In this document: piece by piece, positions 38,097 to 47,529 of the stretch
Layout: each line of letters begins with the position of its first letter
Numbering within the stretch: position 1 is the first letter of the stretch
Source: a virus
Virus record (IMG/VR): IMGVR_UViG_3300020442_002661
Location: 1 to 64,000 of that record
Direction: 5' to 3' (one strand)
DNA: 64,000 nucleotides
Notes under the pieces: generated by a model
What the model was told of the DNA's origin: nothing
Databases searched by the model: none
Seen by the model: the letters and a program-made list of their open reading frames with translations, nothing else
Program-made: the position numbers and the translations under genes

Positions 38097-41000
38097 TTAT
38101 AATCCTGCAATTTCTCCTGTATTCTTAAGTCTCAGTGGAATGTAAATAAATTCCACAGCCTTAACCGGTTCAATAGCAATATCTAAATATAGTTCGTTTC
38201 TATCAATTCTACTTGGAGTATTGTTTGATTCGTCACAAACTACAATATAGTCATATAGTGCTCTTGATCCAACAAGTTCTAGCATTAAACTTTCAGCCGC
38301 TTGTTTGATCTCATCACGTGTGATCTTATCATTTGGCTCAAAAATGTAAGGCTTAGCAAGTTTGTTAAGCTGACTACGTAGGTAAATTACAAGTCTAGCA
38401 ACGTTGACTCTATCTAGTGAACTTGCGTTCTTAGCTCTAGTCTTTTGACCAAAACATACTAGTCCTGCACCTGTGATAAACGTAATTGGGTTAACACTAA
38501 TACCATAAAGTGTATCACGTTGCCCTTCGTTTAATGCAACACTTACAAATTCGCCTTCATTGTCAATGTAGCCTGTTGCTGTAGCATTTGTAATGCCACC
38601 GCGTCTTGTTCCTGCTGGTGCAAACCATGGAAACGATACTTGGTCGCTTAATGCGATAGTACGTAGCATCATGTGTGACGGTGGAACAACAATATTGTTT
38701 CCTAAGTTGTCACTTGTGAATCCCCATGGATAATAAACGCCTAAGTACTCATCTCTGCTTACAAGTCCATCTGCATTATCTTCAACTGCTTGGTTAACGT
38801 TAGTTCCCCACTCATTTAATGATGTTGCATTTGGTAGTAATGTGCTAGGTGAGTCACCTACAACAAATGCTGTTAAGCCTCTGTCATAGTTTAGGCTAAT
38901 CATTTCACCAATTAGTTCTGGATATCCAGGTGTTGCAAGTACGTTGAAGATTCTTGATTCATCATCTCTAATCTCGTCATTGCTATTCATAACTGCTTGT
39001 AGGCTTTGTACTACAACAGCTCTTTGCGCTGACTGACCAAAACGACCTGAACCATCTTCATTGTTTGCAGATTCTGTTACCCAACGATGCTCATAGTAAC
39101 CTGTCATAGGTGCATCGTTCATACGCTTGTTTTCTGCGTTTGTATCGATGTAATTACGTACAAATTTCTTAACATTAAAACCACTTCTACGTGTGTTGAA
39201 TAACAACATACCTTTTGGATATAGTGCTGGATCTGGAGCGTCTGGATCTAAGAAATTGCTAGTTAGCAAGTCTTTGATTGTAGCCGCATCAGCATTAGCG
39301 CCTGCTGTACTATAACGTGCATCAGCAAACAATACACCGTCTGATGTAGTTTGATCTGATGAGTCTAATTGTACCCAAGCACTCTTAGCATTGCTCCATC
39401 TGTAAATTTCTGGATACTTGTCTAAGTTAGCTGTGTTAATCCAAATGTCGCCGTTCTTAAGTGCAGTTTTGTCTGACTGGCCGTTTGTAGCCGCAGGTTC
39501 TGTAGCACTTACAATTGGACCATTTGGATCAGTTTGATCGCCAGCACCTGCCGCATAGTACGGAGATGTGCTATCTAAGTAACCTACCCAAGTTGTTCCA
39601 TTGTGTACCATTATATCTGCTTCGTCAACAATTGAATTGTACCATAGTGTACCATCTGCCGCTAGTGCAGTTGGTGCTGTTGCACTGTTTGTTGCACTTA
39701 GAACTTTCCATAGTGTAGCAACAAAATCATGTGTTGTATCACCTGCTGGAGCATCATACAAGTTTGTTGTTGCACCTGTACCAGAAGTAGCATAACCTGC
39801 TTCTGCTAAGTGTCCACTTGTATCTGCAATTCTAAATTCACCGCCTAGTGCATGACTAATAACAATTCTATTTGCACTGTCAACTGACGCACTAACATTT
39901 GTTAATGTAGAAGTATTAATTGCATTTGCAATATCTTCTGCATCGTCTGCGTCACCTGCCACTGATACACTTATTGCTACTGCACTTTGTAAATTAGCAT
40001 TGCCTTTAATAGATTCGCTAATTGAAAATGATGCAGTACCACTTGATAATTGTGTTGCAATTATGCTTGAAGTGATTGATGTTGCTCCTGTTGAGTTTCT
40101 TTTGTAAACTTTAAAGTTTGCAACAAGGTCACTTGCTTCAGCATCATTGTATCTAACAAATACAGCGTCTTGGCTAATGTTTGCTCCGCCGCCGTCTTTG
40201 TCCATGTTAAAGATTGCAGTTGCTCTATCTTTGTATATTGAAGCACTCTTTGTCTCCCAAAGTTTTGTATTTCCATTCCATTCTTTGATTGACCATGCCG
40301 CACCTTTATTTGGATTTGTTGTTTTGACCCAAACAGATCCAGTAGGACGCGGTGTTGTATCGTCTGTACCGAATTCAGGAACACTTGTATGTGGATCAAT
40401 ATTCAATGCAGGTGCATAGTAAGTACCAGCTGTTAGACCTAAGTCTGCCATTAAGCCTGTACCTTCTGCGATTACTACGTTTGCTCCTGTGCTAAAGATT
40501 CTAACAATATTGTTGCTATCTTTATCAGCAGTTACACCAGAGATAGATGCTCCGTTAATTGCAGTTACAGCCGCATCTGCGTCTGTACCAGCTGTAGTAA
40601 TAGTTGTGCTGTTAATTGTAAAATTTTCGCCTGATGTTGTAGCTGGGTTAGCAGAACCTTTTGTTACTGCCCAACTAGATTTCCAAGCACTGCTTCCTAC
40701 TTCTACCCATGTACCACTTTCGTTTTTGTAGTATGTTTTGAATAGTGTAGTTGTTGCTACTACTGCATAGTCACCTTTTGAGCCAACTGAGCCTTTTGGT
40801 GCTCCGCCAGTTACAAGTGTGCTATCTGTAATAACAATTGGTGCTTTGTTAGTAAATGATTGGCCGCCTGTTGTAGAAGCCGCCGCGCCATTCCATTCAA
40901 AGATACCAAATAGTGTACTTGCTGTATCTACCCAATATGTTCCGTCTGATGGATCACTTGTAGGAGCACTTGATGTTGCAGTAATCGCACCTAAGTCAAT

Positions 41001-41339
41001 TCCTGCTCTTACAACATATGCTCTGTTGCTTACACCTAATAGACTGTAAGCCGCTTGTAATCCGTATTCATTCAATTCACCGCCGTGTATTGGGTTATTG
41101 TTTGTATCTGTGTAGAACTTAGGTTCTCCAAATGTTTCTACTAAATCCCTTTGTGATGTAATTAGGTAGGGCTTACCTACATTTGCCGCTTCAGTACCGG
41201 CCGCAGTTCCTGTGCCTGCACCGTTAGTTTTGTTCTCTGCTGTTGCAACAAATATCATTGGTACGGTGCCGGGTTCGGCTGGCGTGTAGAAACTTTCGTC
41301 AATTACCTTAACCTCAACACCTGGTGATGATAATGCCAT
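38097..41339 (-). CDS. contractile tail sheath protein (gp18-like) with large insertions; start moved to ATG 41339
   Basis: MALSSPGVEVKVIDES, PWFAPAGTRRG, GQKT, LDRVNVARL, FEPND..TR, CDESNN, IEPVKAVEFIYIP. Confidence 0.95.
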   Translation of the reverse strand: MALSSPGVEVKVIDESFYTPAEPGTVPMIFVATAENKTNGAGTGTAAGTEAANVGKPYLITSQRDLVETFGEPKFYTDTNNNPIHGGELNEYGLQAAYSLLGVSNRAYVVRAGIDLGAITATSSAPTSDPSDGTYWVDTASTLFGIFEWNGAAASTTGGQSFTNKAPIVITDSTLVTGGAPKGSVGSKGDYAVVATTTLFKTYYKNESGTWVEVGSSAWKSSWAVTKGSANPATTSGENFTINSTTITTAGTDADAAVTAINGASISGVTADKDSNNIVRIFSTGANVVIAEGTGLMADLGLTAGTYYAPALNIDPHTSVPEFGTDDTTPRPTGSVWVKTTNPNKGAAWSIKEWNGNTKLWETKSASIYKDRATAIFNMDKDGGGANISQDAVFVRYNDAEASDLVANFKVYKRNSTGATSITSSIIATQLSSGTASFSISESIKGNANLQSAVAISVSVAGDADDAEDIANAINTSTLTNVSASVDSANRIVISHALGGEFRIADTSGHLAEAGYATSGTGATTNLYDAPAGDTTHDFVATLWKVLSATNSATAPTALAADGTLWYNSIVDEADIMVHNGTTWVGYLDSTSPYYAAGAGDQTDPNGPIVSATEPAATNGQSDKTALKNGDIWINTANLDKYPEIYRWSNAKSAWVQLDSSDQTTSDGVLFADARYSTAGANADAATIKDLLTSNFLDPDAPDPALYPKGMLLFNTRRSGFNVKKFVRNYIDTNAENKRMNDAPMTGYYEHRWVTESANNEDGSGRFGQSAQRAVVVQSLQAVMNSNDEIRDDESRIFNVLATPGYPELIGEMISLNYDRGLTAFVVGDSPSTLLPNATSLNEWGTNVNQAVEDNADGLVSRDEYLGVYYPWGFTSDNLGNNIVVPPSHMMLRTIALSDQVSFPWFAPAGTRRGGITNATATGYIDNEGEFVSVALNEGQRDTLYGISVNPITFITGAGLVCFGQKTRAKNASSLDRVNVARLVIYLRSQLNKLAKPYIFEPNDKITRDEIKQAAESLMLELVGSRALYDYIVVCDESNNTPSRIDRNELYLDIAIEPVKAVEFIYIPLRLKNTGEIAGL

Positions 41340-41372
41340 ATTCATTCTCCTTTTGGAATAAGTGTTCATTAG

Positions 41373-41443
41373 TATTTATGTGTTTTGTAATTAATTTGCC
41401 TATAATAGCACCAGAAAAAGGGGTCAAAAAGGTATGGTAAATA
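41373..41443. promoter_or_regulatory. divergent late-like promoters (sheath / HNH)
   Basis: CATAAATA on minus (41373-41380); GGTAAATA on plus (41436-41443), 5 nt before ATG 41449. Confidence 0.6.
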
Positions 41444-41448
41444 ACAAT

Positions 41449-41787
41449 ATGAGACCATTATGTGTTTGTAAACAAAGACCTGCGGCGGTAAACTATAAAA
41501 AAGAAGGCAAAGTATACTACAGAAAAAAATGTGAAGTGTGCCTTAAAGGAAACCGTATAGGTGTAGGAATACCAAAGTGGAAGTTATCAGGATATATCAA
41601 AAAAGATACTTGTGAAAAATGTGGATTCAAAAGCAGACACAAAGAACAGTTCAATGTCTATCATATTGATGGAGATTTGAATAATTGTTTGCCAAACAAT
41701 TTAAAAACTGTATGTGCTAACTGTCAACGAATTATGCAGAAACAAGGCGTTCGTTGGAAGCAAGGAGACCTAACACCTGACTTCTAA
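41449..41787 (+). CDS. Zn-binding HNH-fold protein; start moved to ATG 41449
   Basis: CEKCGF, VYHIDGDLNN, NLKTVCANCQ plus an N-terminal Cys cluster. Confidence 0.75.
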   Translation: MRPLCVCKQRPAAVNYKKEGKVYYRKKCEVCLKGNRIGVGIPKWKLSGYIKKDTCEKCGFKSRHKEQFNVYHIDGDLNNCLPNNLKTVCANCQRIMQKQGVRWKQGDLTPDF

Positions 41788-42340
41788 GTTCATCCATAGT
41801 ACCGTTGTTGTGTATTGTTAGGGTGTATCCTGCATTTGCCCAACGCCATTCGCTTTCATGTATGTCCTTAGGTTCTACACCAATATCTTGATACATTCTG
41901 AACCATACAGGATCAATGCCACGTTGTACACGCCATACTTTGCCGCCAATTTCTTTAATCATTTTAATTTCATTTGGAAAACGTACATCTGGGATTATAA
42001 AGTTTTTATTAGGATTTTGTAGTATGTGTTGTTTTGTAAGGCTAACCCAAATACCATCATAAAAGCCCTTACGCATACAATCTGTGCCATATTCTTGTAG
42101 CACTAATCTTGGAGTGATTGTTCTGCCTGTTTCTTGTGTCCAAAAAGTATCAACTGTTTCTCGCCATTCACGACTTTCGTCAGTATCGCCTTCTAGCATT
42201 TGCCTATCCCAATTAAAGACACTTGCTACACCGTCTTTTAATTTGTCAGCAAAACTTATTTTTTCATAACCTTGTTCAACAAGTACATCAGCAACAGTAC
42301 CTTTACCACTGCCTATCAAGCCACATAAGCCAATTATCAT
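41732..42340 (-). CDS. deoxynucleoside monophosphate kinase (T4 gp1-like)
   Basis: GLIGSGKGT, SFADKLK, TPRLVLQEYGT, DVRFPNE, HESE. Confidence 0.92.
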   Translation of the reverse strand: MIIGLCGLIGSGKGTVADVLVEQGYEKISFADKLKDGVASVFNWDRQMLEGDTDESREWRETVDTFWTQETGRTITPRLVLQEYGTDCMRKGFYDGIWVSLTKQHILQNPNKNFIIPDVRFPNEIKMIKEIGGKVWRVQRGIDPVWFRMYQDIGVEPKDIHESEWRWANAGYTLTIHNNGTMDELRSQVLGLLASNERLVSA

Positions 42341-42954
42341 ACACGCAACTCCGACGTTCCTTCCCCTACATGTCCTCTTGGAAAGTAGTTAAATGCCAAG
42401 CTATATCTAGGAGTATCTGTAAGATTAGGTGTTACCATGTGTTCTAAGTGACTTGGAAATAACACTATATCTCCTGCTCTTGGCGTAATAAAAAATTCAT
42501 TTGTATTATGTATATTAGTCTCTTTGTAGCTCATTCTCACTGTATCGTGGAACAAGTTATTCCAAAGATGTGATTTTTGGAACACAATATCACCTGCTCC
42601 TTCCGCACTATCTACATAGTATACACCACTCAACATAGCGTTACTATGCCAGTGTAGTGTATTGTGTTCACCTTTTGCATGCCTGTTTACCCAGCTATTC
42701 TCAAGACCAAACTTTACATTATCATTTACTTGTAATACTTCGTGTACAAAATGCTGTACAGCATCGTCTATTTGCTTTGCTAATACTTCAAGTGTAGCAT
42801 CATTGAGTATATACTTGTTTGCTGTATGATCATGTCCTGCGGCTTCGTCAGGATATTCAAAGTTTTTGATTACATTTTTTACGTCAGCGTCTAGCTCTCC
42901 AATATTAGAATAAAATAACGGAATGCTAAACAGTTGTATTAGATTATGTTTCAT
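42337..42954 (-). CDS. 2OG-Fe(II) oxygenase (TIGR02466-like)
   Basis: LFSIP, SWVN, HWHSNAMLSGVYY, FPSHLEHMV, RYSLAFN. Confidence 0.85.
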   Translation of the reverse strand: MKHNLIQLFSIPLFYSNIGELDADVKNVIKNFEYPDEAAGHDHTANKYILNDATLEVLAKQIDDAVQHFVHEVLQVNDNVKFGLENSWVNRHAKGEHNTLHWHSNAMLSGVYYVDSAEGAGDIVFQKSHLWNNLFHDTVRMSYKETNIHNTNEFFITPRAGDIVLFPSHLEHMVTPNLTDTPRYSLAFNYFPRGHVGEGTSELRV

Positions 42955-43595
42955 ATTGTTAACCTTACTGAATTTTCACCTACAGTACCTTTAGGAAAAT
43001 AATTAAATGCCAAACTGTATCTATCTTGTTTATCTTGACTTTTAGCTACTTGATGTTCTAAATGGCTTGGAAAAATTAAACAATCTCCAGTCATAGGCTG
43101 AACAGTCCACGAACCAGTAGTGTATTGGGACCAATTATCATTTGTGTTCGGTCGTACATGTTCTGGAAAAGTATTAAGATGTTGTCTATTCTTCTTAAAT
43201 GTTATAGGATTTGCAGTTGGTCCAATATCAGGATAGTATACTCCACTTACTAATGCGTTTGCATGATTGTGTAATTCAATATCACTACCTGTATTCATTT
43301 TGTTAATCCAACTTGTAGTTAGTACAAATTCTGTTTCATCTGTTACATCACAGATTGTGTAAACAAAATGATCAACTGCCTTTTTAATTAAATTTTGTAA
43401 ATTTTGTAATTTTGATTGACGTAAAACGTCAAAGCCTCTTTCCCAAGGATTTAAATCTTCTTCTCCTTGGTATTGTGCTACAGAATTTGTAGGATATTCT
43501 AAATTTTTAAGCCATGCTAAAGTAATTGGATCTAGTGGACCGATATGAGTCTTTAATAACGGAGTAGAAAATAGAGGTGTAATTTCATAGTGCAT
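42951..43595 (-). CDS. 2OG-Fe(II) oxygenase (TIGR02466-like), tandem paralog
   Basis: LFSTP, SWIN, HNHANALVSGVYY, FPSHLEHQV, RYSLAFN. Confidence 0.85.
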   Translation of the reverse strand: MHYEITPLFSTPLLKTHIGPLDPITLAWLKNLEYPTNSVAQYQGEEDLNPWERGFDVLRQSKLQNLQNLIKKAVDHFVYTICDVTDETEFVLTTSWINKMNTGSDIELHNHANALVSGVYYPDIGPTANPITFKKNRQHLNTFPEHVRPNTNDNWSQYTTGSWTVQPMTGDCLIFPSHLEHQVAKSQDKQDRYSLAFNYFPKGTVGENSVRLTI

Positions 43596-43601
43596 TTATA
43601 T

Positions 43602-43630
43602 AATATAGCACCTAAAAATACGTTTGTCAA
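43602..43630 (-). promoter_or_regulatory. sigma70-like promoter
   Basis: TTGACA-N17-TATATT-N6-ATG (43595). Confidence 0.75.
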
Positions 43631-43637
43631 GTATAAA

Positions 43638-44396
43638 TTAACCTATAAGGAAACCGTAGCCTGCACCACCTGCTACTTGTGTTGAAACATCAGCTTCTAG
43701 TTTCTCCATCTCAGCTTGTGCTTCTGCTTTAAGTGCATCACCATTAAGTGCAGAGCCGCCTTGTGGTCCTGCTATCTGTGCAAACTTACTTCGTGCTTCA
43801 CCTAACATATATTTGCAAGTTGCAACAGTATAATCTTTAATCCATTGTTTTGCTAGATAATCTTCTAGTAAGTTTTCATCTGGCCGATAGTTGTAAGCCA
43901 TAAGCAATAGTGTTTCGTCTGTTCTTGGACGTTGAAGAAGTGTTATTTCTTTTGTGACTGTATTCCATTTAAATTCTATAAACGAACCAAACATACGCCC
44001 TACTAGTTCTTGATATTGAGAGAAAAGATCATATGTTGCAAGTCCTCCCATGTTAGATGAACTTAGCAAATAGGTGTTAGTATATGCCATGTTGAAAGGT
44101 TCAAATAAAGTACCACCATCACCTCCGCCAGTGCGTGAGCCAATTGATCTACGGAATATTTTACGTACTTCAATTACTTCATTTGGCAATGTATATGTAT
44201 TTTCATCTGTCAAAGTTTTCATAAACAAGTAAGATTCTTCTACGCTATTGTCAGAACGTTGTCTAAATTTTGATAGAGCTTTACTTAATGCTGTTTCATA
44301 ATGCACTGGATCAAGCTCAACATCAACCATGCCGCCACCTAACATAGCGTTTACATAGTCAAATACTTCTTGCTTTTTAGTTTGTAGTGTGGCCAT
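43638..44396 (-). CDS. neck protein (gp13-like); start moved to ATG 44396
   Basis: LGGGMVDVEL, WIKDY..A.CKYMLGEARSKF, PQGG..LNG; SD GGAG. Confidence 0.85.
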   Translation of the reverse strand: MATLQTKKQEVFDYVNAMLGGGMVDVELDPVHYETALSKALSKFRQRSDNSVEESYLFMKTLTDENTYTLPNEVIEVRKIFRRSIGSRTGGGDGGTLFEPFNMAYTNTYLLSSSNMGGLATYDLFSQYQELVGRMFGSFIEFKWNTVTKEITLLQRPRTDETLLLMAYNYRPDENLLEDYLAKQWIKDYTVATCKYMLGEARSKFAQIAGPQGGSALNGDALKAEAQAEMEKLEADVSTQVAGGAGYGFLIG

Positions 44397-44414
44397 ATAA
44401 AAGTTCTCCAATAG

Positions 44415-44434
44415 TATTTATCGTAAGATAAATA
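44415..44434. promoter_or_regulatory. divergent late-like promoter pair
   Basis: GATAAATA on both strands (44415-44422 minus, 44427-44434 plus). Confidence 0.7.
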
Positions 44435-44439
44435 TGTTT

Positions 44440-45597
44440 ATGCCAAGACTATCTTTATATAAACCAGAAAAAGGCAGGGATTATCATTTCTTAGACAGAC
44501 AAATTCAAGAAATGTTTACTGTGGGCGGAACAGACATATTTGTTCACAAATACCTCGGGCCTGAAAATCCAGCAGAAGCAGATGCTACAGCAGATCAGCC
44601 TCGTTATGATGCTGTCAAAAGTACAAATATACAGGACATGCTATTTTTAGAAAATAGAGATCGAAAGTATGATCCAGACATTTATACTATGCGAGCTGTA
44701 TATAATGTTCAAGACATAGACTTTGATTTGAGTCAATTTGGTATGTTTTTGAGTAACGATACATTGTTCATGACAATACATATAAACAGTAGTGTAAAGA
44801 CACTTGGTAGGAAAATTATGAGTGGCGATGTAATTGAACTACCACATTTGAAAGACGAGTATGCACTAAATGATCATACAATAGCATTAAAACGCTTTTA
44901 CGTTGTTGAAGATGTTAATAGAGCCGCTGAAGGTTTTTCACCTAGTTGGTATCCACATTTATATAGATTAAAATTAAAACAGATTGTTGATTCACAAGAA
45001 TTCAAAGAAATACTTGATCTTCCAGCAGAAGAAGGTTCAGACAACACACTAAGAGACTTGCTTTCTACATATGAAAAAGAAATGCAAATTAACAATGCAG
45101 TTGTAGATCAAGCAGAAGTAGATGCTAAAAAATCAGGATATGATATTAGCCATTATTACACTTTAGCAACAAATGATGATGGCACAGTTGCTTTAACTAC
45201 TGCTGATGAAACAGATATTGATGCAAGTAGCGTAGGATCAAATGCAAGTGATGTACATGAGAAACCTAGTAGATTAGGCTATCAAGGTTATTTACTTGGC
45301 GTTGAAGAAGGACCAAACGGTGCTCCATATGGTATGGGCATAAGTTTTCCATCGCAACCAGAAACAGGTGATTACTTTTTACGTACTGATTACATGCCAA
45401 AAAGATTATTTAAATATGATGGAGGTAGATGGGTGAAAATGCAAGATGGTGTTCGTGTTGACCTTACAAACACAGATACAAGAAATACTCAAAAAACTAC
45501 ATTCATTAACAATACAAAAACAAATACTATTGGTGGTGAACAAGTTCAAGAAAGACAAAGTCTTTCAAAAGCACTTAGACCTAAGGCAGATAATTAA
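44440..45597 (+). CDS. neck/head-closure protein (gp14-like); start moved to ATG 44440
   Basis: MPRLSLY, LSQFGMFL.ND, GDVIELP; lies between gp13-like and gp15-like genes. Confidence 0.75.
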   Translation: MPRLSLYKPEKGRDYHFLDRQIQEMFTVGGTDIFVHKYLGPENPAEADATADQPRYDAVKSTNIQDMLFLENRDRKYDPDIYTMRAVYNVQDIDFDLSQFGMFLSNDTLFMTIHINSSVKTLGRKIMSGDVIELPHLKDEYALNDHTIALKRFYVVEDVNRAAEGFSPSWYPHLYRLKLKQIVDSQEFKEILDLPAEEGSDNTLRDLLSTYEKEMQINNAVVDQAEVDAKKSGYDISHYYTLATNDDGTVALTTADETDIDASSVGSNASDVHEKPSRLGYQGYLLGVEEGPNGAPYGMGISFPSQPETGDYFLRTDYMPKRLFKYDGGRWVKMQDGVRVDLTNTDTRNTQKTTFINNTKTNTIGGEQVQERQSLSKALRPKADN

Positions 45598-47069
45598 TGC
45601 AACATTTTTATGATGGACAAATAAGAAGATACGTTACTCAAATGGTAAGACTTATGAGTAATTTCTCTGTAAAAGATGGTTCAGGTACATTAAAACAAGT
45701 TCCTGTTATGTATGGTGATTTAACTAGACAGGTTGCAAGTATTATACGAGATAATAGTGAAAACAAAATACCTAGTGCTCCACGTATGGCAGTTTATATA
45801 AATTCATTAGAAATGGATAGGTCTAGAACAGCTGATGCAAGTTATGTTAGCAAAGTAAATATCCGTGAACGTGCTTATGATGAAAACAACGAGGAATATC
45901 TAAATACACAAGGTAAAAATTATACTGTAGAACGACTTATGCCAACGCCTTACACCCTTGGCTTTACTGTTGATATATGGAGTTCAAACACAGATCAAAA
46001 ATTACAGATTATGGAACAAATACTTACATTGTTCAATCCTAGTTTAGAAATACAAACAACAGACAACTATATAGACTGGACAAGTTTAAGTGTTGTTAAT
46101 ATGGAAGGCATTACATTTAGTTCAAGAAGTATTCCTGTAGGTGTTGACAGTGACATTGATGTTGCTAACATGACATTTACAACACCTATCTATTTGTCAC
46201 CTCCTATTAAGGTTAAGAGACTAGGTGTTATTACAAATATTATAACAAGTGTATTCAACGAAGATAAAGGTACAATAGATTTAAGTTTGAGTAGACCTGA
46301 ATTAAAAGCATATGATGATAGTGTAATAGCTGGATCTAAACCTACAACAGATGGTAACACTGAAACTGTAAACGACAGTAACGCTATACCTGTTAACGTA
46401 AGTCATAAAAATTATGGTATTTACATCACAGGTACTATGGCGCAATTAGTTGCAAACAATAGAGTAGGTAGCACTAATTGGCGCAATGTAATTGATACTT
46501 ACCCTGGTCAATATCAAGATGATATTAGCAGGTTGTACATAAGACGCAGTGACGAAAATAGAGATGTTACAGGAACAATTAGTTTAAATCCAAATGATGA
46601 AACACAATTAATGGTAAATTGGGATTTAGATTCATTCCCAAGTAATACTATAATAAATGGACCTACTAGATTAAATGCACAATGGACAAGCATAGATTAC
46701 ATAATAGATCCATTAAAAACTAATCCTATTACAGAAAACATGCGTGGACTTGGATCTCGTATATTATTGTTAAATGATATAGGTGATGCTGATAACGGAA
46801 ATGAAGGTCCATCAGCATGGGATGGTAATTTCCAAGGTACTGATCTTGTTGCAAGTAAAGATGATATTGTTGAATGGGATGGTAATCAGTGGCGCATTGT
46901 ATTTGATGCAAGTGAAAATAAATTAGTATACAACGATGAAGTTTTAACCACAGTATACACAACTAACCTAAAAACAGGTATACAATATCGTTGGGATGGT
47001 TCAGATTGGCTATTAAGTGTTGAAGGACTCTATCCAAACGGTACCTGGCGTCTAAGCCTAAACGGCTAA
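45597..47069 (+). CDS. tail terminator/sheath stabiliser (gp15-like) with C-terminal extension
   Basis: FYDGQIRRY, VPVMYG, PRMAV, MPTPY, QIMEQILTLFNP. Confidence 0.85.
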   Translation: MQHFYDGQIRRYVTQMVRLMSNFSVKDGSGTLKQVPVMYGDLTRQVASIIRDNSENKIPSAPRMAVYINSLEMDRSRTADASYVSKVNIRERAYDENNEEYLNTQGKNYTVERLMPTPYTLGFTVDIWSSNTDQKLQIMEQILTLFNPSLEIQTTDNYIDWTSLSVVNMEGITFSSRSIPVGVDSDIDVANMTFTTPIYLSPPIKVKRLGVITNIITSVFNEDKGTIDLSLSRPELKAYDDSVIAGSKPTTDGNTETVNDSNAIPVNVSHKNYGIYITGTMAQLVANNRVGSTNWRNVIDTYPGQYQDDISRLYIRRSDENRDVTGTISLNPNDETQLMVNWDLDSFPSNTIINGPTRLNAQWTSIDYIIDPLKTNPITENMRGLGSRILLLNDIGDADNGNEGPSAWDGNFQGTDLVASKDDIVEWDGNQWRIVFDASENKLVYNDEVLTTVYTTNLKTGIQYRWDGSDWLLSVEGLYPNGTWRLSLNG

Positions 47070-47077
47070 TTATTTTT

Positions 47078-47518
47078 ATGGACAAGATTATTTGCAGTGG
47101 AACTCTCTTTTATAGCCTCTCGAGTAAACGTTATTTGTTACTTAGACGTTGTGAAGGTAGAACTAAAGGTACATGGGGACTTGTAGGCGGAACAAACGAA
47201 ACTACAGAAACTCCTTGGGAAGCATTGAAAAGAGAAATATCTGAAGAAATAGGAAAACTGCCTGATATTCAAAAAACAATTCCACTTGAAACTTTTATTA
47301 GTACAGATCAAAAATTTCATTTTCACACTTATCTTTGTACAGTTCAAGAAGAATTTATTCCAGTGTTAAACAAAGAACATGACGGGTATGCGTGGGTTAC
47401 TTCAGGTGGTTGGCCAAAGCCTTTACACCAAGGTTTGCGTAATACACTTAATAGTAAAATTAATCAAGAAAAATTAGAAACAGTAACAAAAGTTCTTGAT
47501 TTAATGTCTCAAATGTAG
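47078..47518 (+). CDS. NUDIX hydrolase
   Basis: WGLVGGTNETTETPWEALKREISEEIG (Nudix box), LNKEH. Confidence 0.85.
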   Translation: MDKIICSGTLFYSLSSKRYLLLRRCEGRTKGTWGLVGGTNETTETPWEALKREISEEIGKLPDIQKTIPLETFISTDQKFHFHTYLCTVQEEFIPVLNKEHDGYAWVTSGGWPKPLHQGLRNTLNSKINQEKLETVTKVLDLMSQM

Positions 47519-47524
47519 TATAGT
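47496..47524 (+). promoter_or_regulatory. sigma70-like promoter of the heptose operon
   Basis: TTGATT-N17-TATAGT-N5-ATG (47530). Confidence 0.55.
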
Positions 47525-47529
47525 AAATT

